Shown one piece after another: positions 18,350-27,103 of a DNA stretch of 64,000 bases (position 1 is its first letter; each line of letters opens with the position of its first letter). The DNA comes from Candidatus Latescibacterota bacterium. GTDB lineage: Bacteria; Latescibacterota; UBA2968. The notes beneath the pieces are model-generated. The model worked only from the letters and a program-made list of their open reading frames with translations, did not search any database and was not told the origin of the DNA. Where the stretch lies: positions 6,016,001 through 6,080,000 of the forward strand of contig OZ241986.1 in NCBI GenBank assembly GCA_965204375.1, written 5' to 3'. Both the position numbers and the translations under genes were made by a program.

Positions 18350-19554
18350 TGTCCAGAGGAAAAATTGTAAATCTCGCGCTCGTTGGCTGTGGCGGTATTG
18401 CCGGTGGGCATCTTCGGCGGTATGGAGACCTTATCGATAAGGGCGAAGACCGTTTTCGCATTGTGGCTACGGTTGATAGCGATATCAGCCGCGCGCAGGC
18501 ATTTGCCGATCAGATTAATGGCAAGACCGGATGGGAGGTTAAAAGCTATCCTTCGGTTGAAGATCTGCTCAATTCAGAGTCCAATCTCGATGGGGCCGAT
18601 ATATGCAGTCCCCACGGTTTGCATCATGTGCTCGCCTGCGAGTTGCTCGAAGGCGGTGTGAATATCTTGTGCGAAAAGCCCATTGGCATAACTGTTAAAG
18701 CCACGCAAAAAATTATCGATACAGCCAAACGCTGCAATAAGATCGCCGCGAATGCCGAACAGTGTCGTCGGAGTGTTGGACAGCGCACGATTCACTGGGC
18801 GTTTAACGGTGGGCCGCTCGGCGAACCCAGATTGTGGTACGCTATCAGGTCGGGATGGCAGGATCCCGCGAATTATCCCGATTGGCACTGGCGCGTGGAT
18901 CGCAAACTCGGCGGTTGCGGGATGGTTATGGATAGCGGTGCACACTGGGTTGATACCATGCGTTACTGGTTTGGGGAAGTGGAGAGTGTTTATGCGCGTG
19001 TGGAGCAAATGGAACAGCGTCCCCACAAAAAAGGCGATGATCTGGTCGATGACAGTCGCGAGGATTTTTGGACCAGTATTTTCAATTTCGAAAGTGGCGT
19101 GATCGGTACGTGGTCGTGGACGGTTAGCGCGCCGGGAAAGGGTTTTACGCAGCTCAATCTCACCGGGAGCAAGGGCACGATTGTCGAGAGCGATATCTTC
19201 CATCCGGCGGCGTCGCAGGCGCGTGGCGAATGCAATTTTATAGATGGTACGGCTTATGGTGTGTCCCAACTTCAAGATATGTTTCTCGGTTCACTGGGGC
19301 AGAGTGAAAAGGACCGCCTCTTTCCCTATGGGCTAACCGATGGCATGGCGATTGAGTTGTGGGATTTTATCGATGCGCTGAGTATTGGGCGCGATGTGGA
19401 AATCGACGCCGAAGAGGGGCTGAAGAGCAAGGCCGTGAGCGAGGCGATTTACGAGTCTGGAAAAAGTGGAGAGGTCGTCAAGGTGAGCGATGTGATATCC
19501 GGCGAGGTTTGTGCGTATCAGGAGGATATTGATCAGATGTGGGGTTTGGTGTGA
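18349..19554 (+). CDS. Gfo/Idh/MocA family oxidoreductase
   Basis: VGCGGIA, CEKP, DSGAHWVD; coupled to the sulfatase stop. Confidence 0.88.
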   Translation: MSRGKIVNLALVGCGGIAGGHLRRYGDLIDKGEDRFRIVATVDSDISRAQAFADQINGKTGWEVKSYPSVEDLLNSESNLDGADICSPHGLHHVLACELLEGGVNILCEKPIGITVKATQKIIDTAKRCNKIAANAEQCRRSVGQRTIHWAFNGGPLGEPRLWYAIRSGWQDPANYPDWHWRVDRKLGGCGMVMDSGAHWVDTMRYWFGEVESVYARVEQMEQRPHKKGDDLVDDSREDFWTSIFNFESGVIGTWSWTVSAPGKGFTQLNLTGSKGTIVESDIFHPAASQARGECNFIDGTAYGVSQLQDMFLGSLGQSEKDRLFPYGLTDGMAIELWDFIDALSIGRDVEIDAEEGLKSKAVSEAIYESGKSGEVVKVSDVISGEVCAYQEDIDQMWGLV

Positions 19555-19572
19555 GGGGATGGAGAGCTGAGT

Positions 19573-19615
19573 AAAAATGGGTCGCTATCCTTCGAGATAG
19601 CGACCCATTTTTTTT
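19573..19615. terminator. Bidirectional intrinsic terminator
   Basis: AAAAATGGGTCGCTATC-loop-GATAGCGACCCATTTTTTTT between convergent genes. Confidence 0.85.
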
Positions 19616-20006
19616 ACGTATTTCCCGGACGACCGATTTCGATGAGGTTGCCATCCGGGTCGTGTACGAAAACATAGCGCGTGCCGTCGTGTGGGCGCAC
19701 GCCGGGACCGGAGGCAACGCGCACGCGTTCGCGGTCGAGCGAGGTGATGACGCGATCGAAGTCGGCGACTTCAAAGGCGATGTGGCGGCGCGAGGGACGG
19801 GGGTATTCTTCTGCGAGGATCAGGTGGATTTCGACATCGCCACAGCGATACCAGGCACCTGCAAAGTCGTAATCTGGCCGGGGAATGGGTTGCAGCCCCA
19901 GGAGCTTTTCGTAAAATGCCGATGCGCGCTCGAGGTTACCTGTAACCAATGTGATATGGCTGACGCGCGTGATGCCCAGGCCAGCCGATTCCGTGCGATT
20001 GGCCAC
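19614..20006 (-). CDS. VOC/glyoxalase family protein
   Basis: HITLVT, FYEKLLGL, HIAFEV, DPDGNLIEI. Confidence 0.85.
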   Translation of the reverse strand: MANRTESAGLGITRVSHITLVTGNLERASAFYEKLLGLQPIPRPDYDFAGAWYRCGDVEIHLILAEEYPRPSRRHIAFEVADFDRVITSLDRERVRVASGPGVRPHDGTRYVFVHDPDGNLIEIGRPGNT

Positions 20007-20010
20007 CGGA

Positions 20011-20892
20011 TCAATTCTCCATCAATAAGGTTCTCATTTTTCGCATGCGAGAGGGATGTTTGAGTGCTGTTAGGGCTTTGTCGCGTATTTGGCGCACGCG
20101 CTCTTTGGTCAGATTGAGGATGTTGCCGATTTGCTCCAGCGTCATTGTTTCACCGCTGTTAATGCCAAAATAGAGACGCAACACGCGGGCGTCGCGCGGA
20201 GCCAATGTGTTGAGCGCGGTGCGTATTTCCTCTGCCATGGAGCTTTCGAGCATGGCTTCTTCAGGGGTTTCCTGATCGTTGTCTGACAACATTTCCAGCA
20301 AGCTGGTGTCAGGGCCGTCTTCAAGGGGCATGTCGTATGAAATATGCCACCGCGAAGCACTGAGGAGGTCTTGCACTTGCTTGGGGTGCAGTTCGGCCTG
20401 TGCAGCGATTTCTTCAATGCGCGGTTCGCGCCCCAGCGATTGTTTGAGTTCTGAGGATATGCGTTCCAATTTGCTCAGGTGTTTGATTTTGTTGACGGGC
20501 AGTCGCACCATGCGGGCTTTTTCTGCCAATGCCGATAAGATGCCCTGACGAATCCACCAGACTGCATACGTTGTGAATTTGACGCCTACGGTTTCGTCGT
20601 AGCGGGTGGCTGCGCGGACAAGACCCATGTTGCCTTCGGCAATGAGGTCTTCTAGGAGCAGGCCACGTCCCTGATATTCTTTGGCTATGGTAATGACGAA
20701 TCGCAAATTGGATTCGATCATTTTATTGAGACTTTTGCGGTCTCCTTTGCGAATGCGCTTGGCCAGGTCAATTTCTTCTTGTGGCGTGAGCAATTCGCTA
20801 TAGGCGATGTCTTTGAAATAGAGTTCCAGTGCAGAACTACTGCCTCCATTTGTTCCGTTTGAGGTCCTGTAACTCATAAGTGCGGCAGACAT
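20011..20892 (-). CDS. Sigma-70 family factor, short RpoD/SigA type lacking region 1.1
   Basis: LYFKDI..LLT..EE, NLRFVITIAKEY, DLIAEGNMGL, KFTTYAVWWIRQ, LTKERVRQI. Confidence 0.9.
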   Translation of the reverse strand: MSAALMSYRTSNGTNGGSSSALELYFKDIAYSELLTPQEEIDLAKRIRKGDRKSLNKMIESNLRFVITIAKEYQGRGLLLEDLIAEGNMGLVRAATRYDETVGVKFTTYAVWWIRQGILSALAEKARMVRLPVNKIKHLSKLERISSELKQSLGREPRIEEIAAQAELHPKQVQDLLSASRWHISYDMPLEDGPDTSLLEMLSDNDQETPEEAMLESSMAEEIRTALNTLAPRDARVLRLYFGINSGETMTLEQIGNILNLTKERVRQIRDKALTALKHPSRMRKMRTLLMEN

Positions 20893-21379
20893 GTATTTCC
20901 CCCGTGACTGAGAAATCGACTCTCTTGATCGAGTGTCTTGTGTTTCAACTCGTCAAAGGTTCACAATAAGTACTGTGATACCTTCCGACTCTTGTATGGG
21001 AGAGAATCGGTTGTTGTCAGAATATATGGCACATCGATCATGGGGATACCAATGGCCTGATTATGTGACAACCTGGTTTAGGGGAGTGTTACTTTGGGGA
21101 GTTGATCTGGATGGGGAAACGACCACGGGCCGCAGGGGAGCGGTGTGCTCGACCAAATCATAGTGTGTGTGGCAAGTATTGAGGGGAAAAATAATACTTG
21201 GGCAGACAAGATAGTGGATTCAATTCTGTAATGCAACTCTTTTTCTATGCTATTCTCCTGATATTTTGCAACGCAAAGCCATATTTTTAGATGAAATACT
21301 TATTGGCATATTGAGGGAAAATAATAAATAGAGTTTCATTTGTCAATAAATAACTCTTGTTTAACGAGTTACAGGCTTG

Positions 21380-21898
21380 CTACTGGTCCTCGGCAGTGTC
21401 TGTGCCGTTGAGTTGCCGCTGGGCGAGGTCGCGGTCGAGCAAAAACAAGCCGTTGCCCTCTATGCCGACCAGCTTGATCGTGTCGATCAATTCCCTGACA
21501 ACGGCTTCTTCTTCGACTTGTTCGGCGATAAACCACTGGAGAAAGGTATGGGTGGCGTGGTCGCGTTCGGACAGGGCGAGATCGGCGATGTTGTAGATGC
21601 TTTGAGAGACCCTTTGCTCTTGGGCAAGGCTATCTTCGAATACTTCTAATGGGCTGTCCCAACTTTGTTTGGGGGTTTCAATGGCGCTAAAGCGTATATC
21701 GGCCTCCCGGTCGTCGAGAAAATCGTATATCTTCATGCCATGGGTGAGTTCTTCCTGGGCTTGAACGCGCATCCAATGGGCAAAGCCATTGAGATTTTGC
21801 GTGAGAAAATACGCGGACATTGCCAGATAACTATACGCAGAGTAGTATTCCATATTGAGTTGCTCATTGAGCGCGGCGTTTATGTTTGTGTTAATCAT
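21380..21898 (-). CDS. ftnA: Non-heme ferritin with a complete ferroxidase centre
   Basis: E17, Y24, E49/E50, H53, E94, E126, Q127 and E130 all present; SD AGGAGG. Confidence 0.92.
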   Translation of the reverse strand: MINTNINAALNEQLNMEYYSAYSYLAMSAYFLTQNLNGFAHWMRVQAQEELTHGMKIYDFLDDREADIRFSAIETPKQSWDSPLEVFEDSLAQEQRVSQSIYNIADLALSERDHATHTFLQWFIAEQVEEEAVVRELIDTIKLVGIEGNGLFLLDRDLAQRQLNGTDTAEDQ

Positions 21899-21950
21899 GG
21901 TGTCCTCCTGTTGCGATAGGGAGAAAAACAGTATCCAAAAAGGGGGGATA

Positions 21951-21978
21951 AGTATAAGAAAAATATGGGTTTTGTCAA
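21951..21978 (-). promoter_or_regulatory. Sigma70-type promoter for the minus-strand ferritin
   Basis: TTGACA-N16-TATACT on the minus strand. Confidence 0.6.
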
Positions 21979-22059
21979 CCTATTAAAATAATTGATTGAT
22001 TATACTTTAGTTATAGAAGAAATCCCCAATGGTGTAGCGAATTTTTCTATTGATTCTTT

Positions 22060-22088
22060 TTGCGAAATTGCGTAAAACTTTATAGTAT
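22060..22088 (+). promoter_or_regulatory. Sigma70-type promoter for the plus-strand ferritin
   Basis: TTGCGA-N17-TAGTAT. Confidence 0.45.
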
Positions 22089-22157
22089 CTAAACGCGGAG
22101 CATTTGACTACCCCAGTGTGGCCCCTGAGTCACCCAACAGGAGGTTTGTTTTTTGTT

Positions 22158-22640
22158 ATGATTCCCAAAAAGGTCCTCATGGCTTTGAACGAGCAACTCA
22201 ATTTTGAGTTCCATTCGGCGTTTCACTATCTCGCCATGGAGACGTATTTTCACGAGGTAAATCTGCACGGGTTTGCCCATTATATGCGCGAGCAATACAA
22301 AGAAGAACGTCAGCACGCGCTCAAGATCGTGGATTATATCAATGCGCGAAACTGTCGAGTTCTGCTCAAGCAGATCGCCGAACCACCTTCTGAATGGGCA
22401 TCCCCTCTGGAGGTTTTTGAAGATGCGCATCAGCAAGAGCAAAAATCCAGCGGGATGATCAATGATCTGGTCGATCTCTCACTGAATGAGCGCGACCATG
22501 CAACGGAGATTTTCTTGAAGTGGTTTATCGAGAAACAGGTAGAAGAGGAGGCGCAAATCAGCAGTATTGTGCAAAAGTTGAAGCTGGTAGGCGATGACGC
22601 TTATGGTCTGTTTTTGTTGGATCGGGATATGGGGGGATAG
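22158..22640 (+). CDS. Non-heme ferritin paralog (E126K)
   Basis: LNEQLNFEFHSAFHY, EERQH, WFIEKQVEEE; AGGAGG upstream of ATG 22158. Confidence 0.9.
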   Translation: MIPKKVLMALNEQLNFEFHSAFHYLAMETYFHEVNLHGFAHYMREQYKEERQHALKIVDYINARNCRVLLKQIAEPPSEWASPLEVFEDAHQQEQKSSGMINDLVDLSLNERDHATEIFLKWFIEKQVEEEAQISSIVQKLKLVGDDAYGLFLLDRDMGG

Positions 22641-22672
22641 ATAGCTCGTGTCCGCAGGCAGACTGAAGACAG

Positions 22673-22705
22673 AAGCACCCTCAGATACACCGAGGGTGCT
22701 TTTTT
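22673..22705. terminator. Intrinsic terminator between ferritin and hmuV
   Basis: AAGCACCCTC-loop-GAGGGTGCTT followed by a T-run. Confidence 0.8.
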
Positions 22706-23483
22706 ATATGGGTACAATGAGAGGAAATTTTTTGACGGGATGGATAATTTGCTGTACGCGAATATCAAATGCATCTGAAACCACGTCTGGCGTCAATACC
22801 TGATCGGGAACACCACTGGCCACTTGTTCGCCATTTTTTAATACATGTACCTCGTCGGCATATTGGGCAGCTAAGTTGAGGTCGTGCAATACGCAGAGCA
22901 CACCTGTTTCATTGCTGGCCCATTTCCGCGCCAGTTGCAACACCTGATGCTGATGCGACAAATCCAGGCTTGTTGTTGGTTCGTCCAGTAGCAGATATCG
23001 CCCTGCGGTGAGATGCTTGTCCCAAATTTGGGCCAGTGCGCGCGCAAATTGTACCCGCTGTTGCTCGCCTCCCGATAGCGTTGGATAAACGCGTTGCTCC
23101 AGGTGCGATACGCCTACCCATTTCAAAGCCTTCTGTGCAATCGCATAATCCCGCGCGCTTTCGATACCTTTTATGTGTGGGAAGCGCCCCATGAGCACCA
23201 CGTCTAAAACGCGGAAGGGGAAAGTTAAAAAAGACTGCTGAGGCAAAACCGCGCGCTGTTGCGCACATTCAACGGGTGTCAAATCGGCAATCGAACACCC
23301 ATCTATCCGGACCGTTCCTTCAGAGGGGATACACTCGCCACACATCACTTTTACCAATGTGGATTTGCCCGCGCCATTTGGTCCAAGTATAGCTACAACT
23401 TTGCCCGGCGCGATCTGGATCGAGACGCGCTTGAGCAGATGGTGTCCATCTATCAGAACAGAGACCCCGCGCGCTTCAAACAT
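22704..23483 (-). CDS. hmuV: Heme ABC transporter ATP-binding protein
   Basis: GPNGAGKST, RAVLPQ, YPTLSGGEQQRVQFARALAQIW, LLLDEPT; TGATG coupling to the permease. Confidence 0.9.
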   Translation of the reverse strand: MFEARGVSVLIDGHHLLKRVSIQIAPGKVVAILGPNGAGKSTLVKVMCGECIPSEGTVRIDGCSIADLTPVECAQQRAVLPQQSFLTFPFRVLDVVLMGRFPHIKGIESARDYAIAQKALKWVGVSHLEQRVYPTLSGGEQQRVQFARALAQIWDKHLTAGRYLLLDEPTTSLDLSHQHQVLQLARKWASNETGVLCVLHDLNLAAQYADEVHVLKNGEQVASGVPDQVLTPDVVSDAFDIRVQQIIHPVKKFPLIVPI

Positions 23484-24583
23484 CAAAACACCTGTCGGTT
23501 GCGGTTTTGTAGTAATAAAAAGAGGAAAAAGGGCACGCCGATGACTGCTGTTACAATGCCGATGGGCAATTCGGCAGGTGCGACAAGCGTGCGTGCTACC
23601 AGGTCTGCACCCATTAACAGAGAAGCCCCCAGGAGTGCTGCTCCCGGAATTAAGTAGCGATGATCTGGCCCAATTGATAACCGCAGAAGATGTGGCACTA
23701 CCAGGCCGACAAATCCGATTATGCCCACCACAGAAACCGATGCGCCCACAGCCAGTGCAGCCAGTGCCACTACTTCGCGCTTCATGCGTTCGACAGATAC
23801 GCCCAGATGTCTGGCTTCGGCTTCGCCCAATAAAAAGATATTGAGCGCGCGTCCATAGCGACCGAGCAAACACAGCGAGATAACAATAAAAGGCGTTACT
23901 GCGCCCACTGAATCCCAGGTCGCGCCGCCCATGTTGCCCATGCTCCAAAATGTGATATTTCGCAACTGTGCATCTGTTGCCACAAATGTCAATAAACCCG
24001 TTAATGCACCGCTCAACGCATTGATGGCTATGCCGGCCAACAACATTGTTGCAACAGCTACGCGTCCGCTTGTCGCGGACAATTGATAGACCAATAGTGT
24101 TGCAGCGACCCCACCGATAAATGCGGCAATGGGCAGTGTATAGATGTCCAAAATTTCCGACAGGCCCTTCAATACAGTCGCGCCCAGGACAATCACTGAT
24201 ACCGCAGCCAATGCGGCGCCACTTGACACGCCAATCAAACCGGGATCGGCCAATGGATTGCGGAAAAGCCCCTGCATGGCAGCGCCAGATACAGCCAATC
24301 CCGCTCCGACGAGCACGTTTAACAGAACTCTCGGCAGCCGAATGGCGACGACAACGGCTTCCTGATGCGATTGAAATGTTTGACTAAAAGAAAACCCCAT
24401 TCGTTTTGCAAAAATCGACAAAATCTGCATGGGTGTAACGGATACTGCGCCAATGCCCACTGAGGCCACTATCAACACGCATAGCAAGACGCACAGTGCC
24501 AGTAATATCAGAGAAGTTCGTTTTATTTGTAGGCGAGAAATGCGAATACCATCCCGTTTTAAAACCGTTGGTGCCGCGCTCAT
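23483..24583 (-). CDS. hmuU: Heme ABC transporter permease (FecCD family)
   Basis: IRLPR, QGLFRNPLADPGLIGVSSGA, GIIGFVGLVVPH. Confidence 0.9.
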   Translation of the reverse strand: MSAAPTVLKRDGIRISRLQIKRTSLILLALCVLLCVLIVASVGIGAVSVTPMQILSIFAKRMGFSFSQTFQSHQEAVVVAIRLPRVLLNVLVGAGLAVSGAAMQGLFRNPLADPGLIGVSSGAALAAVSVIVLGATVLKGLSEILDIYTLPIAAFIGGVAATLLVYQLSATSGRVAVATMLLAGIAINALSGALTGLLTFVATDAQLRNITFWSMGNMGGATWDSVGAVTPFIVISLCLLGRYGRALNIFLLGEAEARHLGVSVERMKREVVALAALAVGASVSVVGIIGFVGLVVPHLLRLSIGPDHRYLIPGAALLGASLLMGADLVARTLVAPAELPIGIVTAVIGVPFFLFLLLQNRNRQVF

Positions 24584-25437
24584 GACCCATCTTTCAATTG
24601 TGGGTGTAATAGATGAGACAGGTCGCGCACGGCATCGGCCAACCGGGGACCGAATCCCAACAGATAAAGGCCATTCATCGTCACAATGCGCCGTTCCTGT
24701 CCCGCCGGTGTCAAAGCCACACCGGGGACTTCGAGCAGATCATCCACATCACCCAGGCTTTCCAGCCCACTGTCGAGCATCAAAATGACATCGGGTGCAG
24801 CAGCGACCACTGCCTCAGATGTTAAAGGTTTATATCCGTCGTATTCGGTCACGGCGTTTACGCCACCTGACAGATTGATCATGGCATCGGCAGATGTATT
24901 TTTGCCCGATACTAACATTGTGCCCTGTCCCCGTGCATAGATAAATAATACGCGGGGACGCGGAGATACTTTCGCAAGCAATTGGCGCGTTTGCTGCATA
25001 TCGTCAGATAATTTTTGTGCGAGAGTCTCTCCTTTTTCTGTCTTTTTCAGCGCGCTGGCAATTGCACGGATTTTTTTTATAGCCACATCTACGCTATGTG
25101 AGTCGGGCAGTACCACTACCCGCACATCGGCCTGGCGAATTTGTTCCAGGGCCGTGGGCGGACCAGCATCTGCGCTGGCCAATACCAGGGTTGGATTTAG
25201 AGACAATACGCCTTCGGCTGAGATCCGACGCTGGTATCCCACTTTGGGCAGGGAGGTCGCGGCTTCGGGATATTGGCTGGATGTATCTACACCTACCAGA
25301 AGTGAATTGGCGGCGAGTGCGTACACAATCTCTGTGACGTCACCACCTACCGATACGACGCGCTGTGCGTGTTCATCGGCTTGGCTTTGTGCGAATAACC
25401 CACAACACAGGATTAGAAGAATGATTACGCGACGCAT
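24580..25437 (-). CDS. hmuT: Heme ABC transporter periplasmic binding protein
   Basis: Signal peptide; RVVSVGGDVTEIVYAL, VGYQRRISAEGVLSLNP (Tyr heme-ligand motif), LLGFGPR. Confidence 0.88.
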   Translation of the reverse strand: MRRVIILLILCCGLFAQSQADEHAQRVVSVGGDVTEIVYALAANSLLVGVDTSSQYPEAATSLPKVGYQRRISAEGVLSLNPTLVLASADAGPPTALEQIRQADVRVVVLPDSHSVDVAIKKIRAIASALKKTEKGETLAQKLSDDMQQTRQLLAKVSPRPRVLFIYARGQGTMLVSGKNTSADAMINLSGGVNAVTEYDGYKPLTSEAVVAAAPDVILMLDSGLESLGDVDDLLEVPGVALTPAGQERRIVTMNGLYLLGFGPRLADAVRDLSHLLHPQLKDGS

Positions 25438-25760
25438 TAGACTGTCTCCTTGCGGTCAGAGTCCAGAAAAACCTCGTGAATTTCCAATTGGTTTGAACCT
25501 GTAAACGCCTCTTTGGGCAACGATCCCGATCTGGCGTGGCCTTTTTGAAATGCCTCGGAATTGACCCAGTTTTTGAAATGCTCGTGTGATTCCCAAAAGG
25601 TGAGCACGATATAGGGATGATCCTTTTTTTTGGGTCTTAATACTTTGTTGGAGATAAAACCCGGCATGCCATCTACCAGGTGTGCGCGATTGCGAAAACG
25701 CTCTTCAAATTGCTCGGCGTATTCCGGATTTACAAAAATGCGATTGGCTACAGCTACCAT
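25437..25760 (-). CDS. IsdG/HmuQ-like heme-degrading monooxygenase (ABM family)
   Basis: N-terminal Asn (ANRI), FEERF, MPGF, TFWES, W..SEAFQKGH (Asn/Trp/His triad); SD AGGAGG. Confidence 0.8.
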   Translation of the reverse strand: MVAVANRIFVNPEYAEQFEERFRNRAHLVDGMPGFISNKVLRPKKKDHPYIVLTFWESHEHFKNWVNSEAFQKGHARSGSLPKEAFTGSNQLEIHEVFLDSDRKETV

Positions 25761-25786
25761 AACAGACCTCCTGTCTCGTGTTTCAA

Positions 25787-27073
25787 TCACCGAAGCGAGC
25801 GCGTCCCGTCGGGTTGAAACGTGTAAGTGAAATTGTAAAAACGCGATTGCGAATCAGCGGATGGTACTGCTCCACCGCCTTTGTAATAGCTCGTAAATTT
25901 GAGCTTGGCATAGCGTCCATCGGCGGTGCGGATAACGAGTACGACCCCCGGGTTCATCAAGATGGCATGGGGTGGAAAACCTTCAGATCCGGTGTATGTG
26001 TACCAGGCTCTGCCAATAGCGGGTAGGCCCGGCTGGTCCTGTACATATCCGGATTCGGGTGCTGTGGAAAGGGTATCGTAATCTGTGGCTGCGAGTGCGA
26101 TTGCACCGCCTTGACCCGGACCACTGCTGCCGCTGTTGGTTAAGACGGTCGTGGATTTAAACGCGAGGTCCCATTTTGTGGAATTGGAATCTGCTGGCGA
26201 TACAATGGCGCTGTCTCGAAGGCTGTAATACGTGAAAATGTCCTGCCGATTCGGGTCGGCGGGTATATCGCGTGCGTTCACTTCTGTTAGTGTTGTGATT
26301 TCGGTGGTTGGAGACGGTTCGGCAAATAAACGCGATCCGTCGGGTTGAAATGTGTAGGTGAAATTGTAAAAACGCGATTGTGCGCTGGCAGATGGTGTTG
26401 CTTCACCGCCTTTGTAATAGCTCGTAAACACGAGCTTGGCATAGCGTCCATCTGCAGTGCGGATGACCAGTACGATCCCCGGGTTCATCAGGATATGATG
26501 GTTTGGTGGACCTGTATATGTGTACCAGGCTCTGCCGATAGCGGGTAGGCCCGGCTGATCCTGTGCGTATTCCGATTCGGGTGCTGTGGAAAGGGTATCG
26601 TAATCTGTTGCTGTGAGTACGATTGCACCGCCCTGGCCTGGACCACTGCTGCCGCCATTGATCAGGATAGTTGTGGCTTTAAATGCGAGGTCCCATTTTG
26701 TGGAATTGGAATCTGCTGGCGATACAATGGCGCTGTCTCGAAGGCTGTAATACGTGAAGACGTCCTGCCGATTTGGGTCGGCGGGAATGTCCTGAACGAC
26801 CACTTCTGTCAGCGTTGTAATCGGCTCAGGGGCTGGCGCGACTTCGCTGCCGAATACCTGGACGAAGAGTAAGAAGTCAGAAAAATCGACCGTTCCATTA
26901 TTATCGAGGTCATATACGGCCTCTGTTGTGTTAAAAGCCTGGGCAAATTGGAGAAAGTCGGAGAAATCGACTGTGCCACTGCCGTCAAAATCGGCATTGG
27001 ACGGTGTTTGTGCCAGGGCTGGTGCTGTTGCTAAAACAAAAATAAAAAAGAATAACAGGTTTAGAGTTTTCAC
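25787..27073 (-). CDS. hmuY: Secreted protein: dockerin-like double EF-hand plus two tandem HmuY domains
   Basis: SPI-type signal (ALA-Q, no lipobox Cys); DFDGSGTVDFSDF and DLDNNGTVDFSDF; two copies of WDLAF..NGGSSGPGQGGA..WYTY..VIRTADGRYAKL.FTSYY. Confidence 0.85.
   Translation of the reverse strand: MKTLNLLFFFIFVLATAPALAQTPSNADFDGSGTVDFSDFLQFAQAFNTTEAVYDLDNNGTVDFSDFLLFVQVFGSEVAPAPEPITTLTEVVVQDIPADPNRQDVFTYYSLRDSAIVSPADSNSTKWDLAFKATTILINGGSSGPGQGGAIVLTATDYDTLSTAPESEYAQDQPGLPAIGRAWYTYTGPPNHHILMNPGIVLVIRTADGRYAKLVFTSYYKGGEATPSASAQSRFYNFTYTFQPDGSRLFAEPSPTTEITTLTEVNARDIPADPNRQDIFTYYSLRDSAIVSPADSNSTKWDLAFKSTTVLTNSGSSGPGQGGAIALAATDYDTLSTAPESGYVQDQPGLPAIGRAWYTYTGSEGFPPHAILMNPGVVLVIRTADGRYAKLKFTSYYKGGGAVPSADSQSRFYNFTYTFQPDGTRSLR
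26163..26758. repeat. Intragenic duplication of the HmuY domain
   Basis: Identical 74-bp blocks at 26163-26236 and 26685-26758 (offset 522 bp) within a longer imperfect repeat. Confidence 0.9.
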
Positions 27074-27103
27074 GACGGTATCCTCCCTGAAAATGTGAAG
27101 TGA

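Noticed and set aside
21267-21281. Sigma54-like site TGGCTTTGCGTTGCA on the minus strand upstream of the sigma gene
   Set aside because: GG-to-GC spacing is 9 nt rather than the required 10.
21988-22003. Fur/PerR-like ATAAT-N6-ATTAT between the ferritin genes
   Set aside because: Spacing does not fit either consensus and the region is AT-rich, so a chance match is likely.
23484-23948. N-terminal extension of hmuV in the 414-aa ORF call
   Set aside because: It overlaps hmuU in another frame; the ATG at 23483 coupled to the hmuU stop is the better start.
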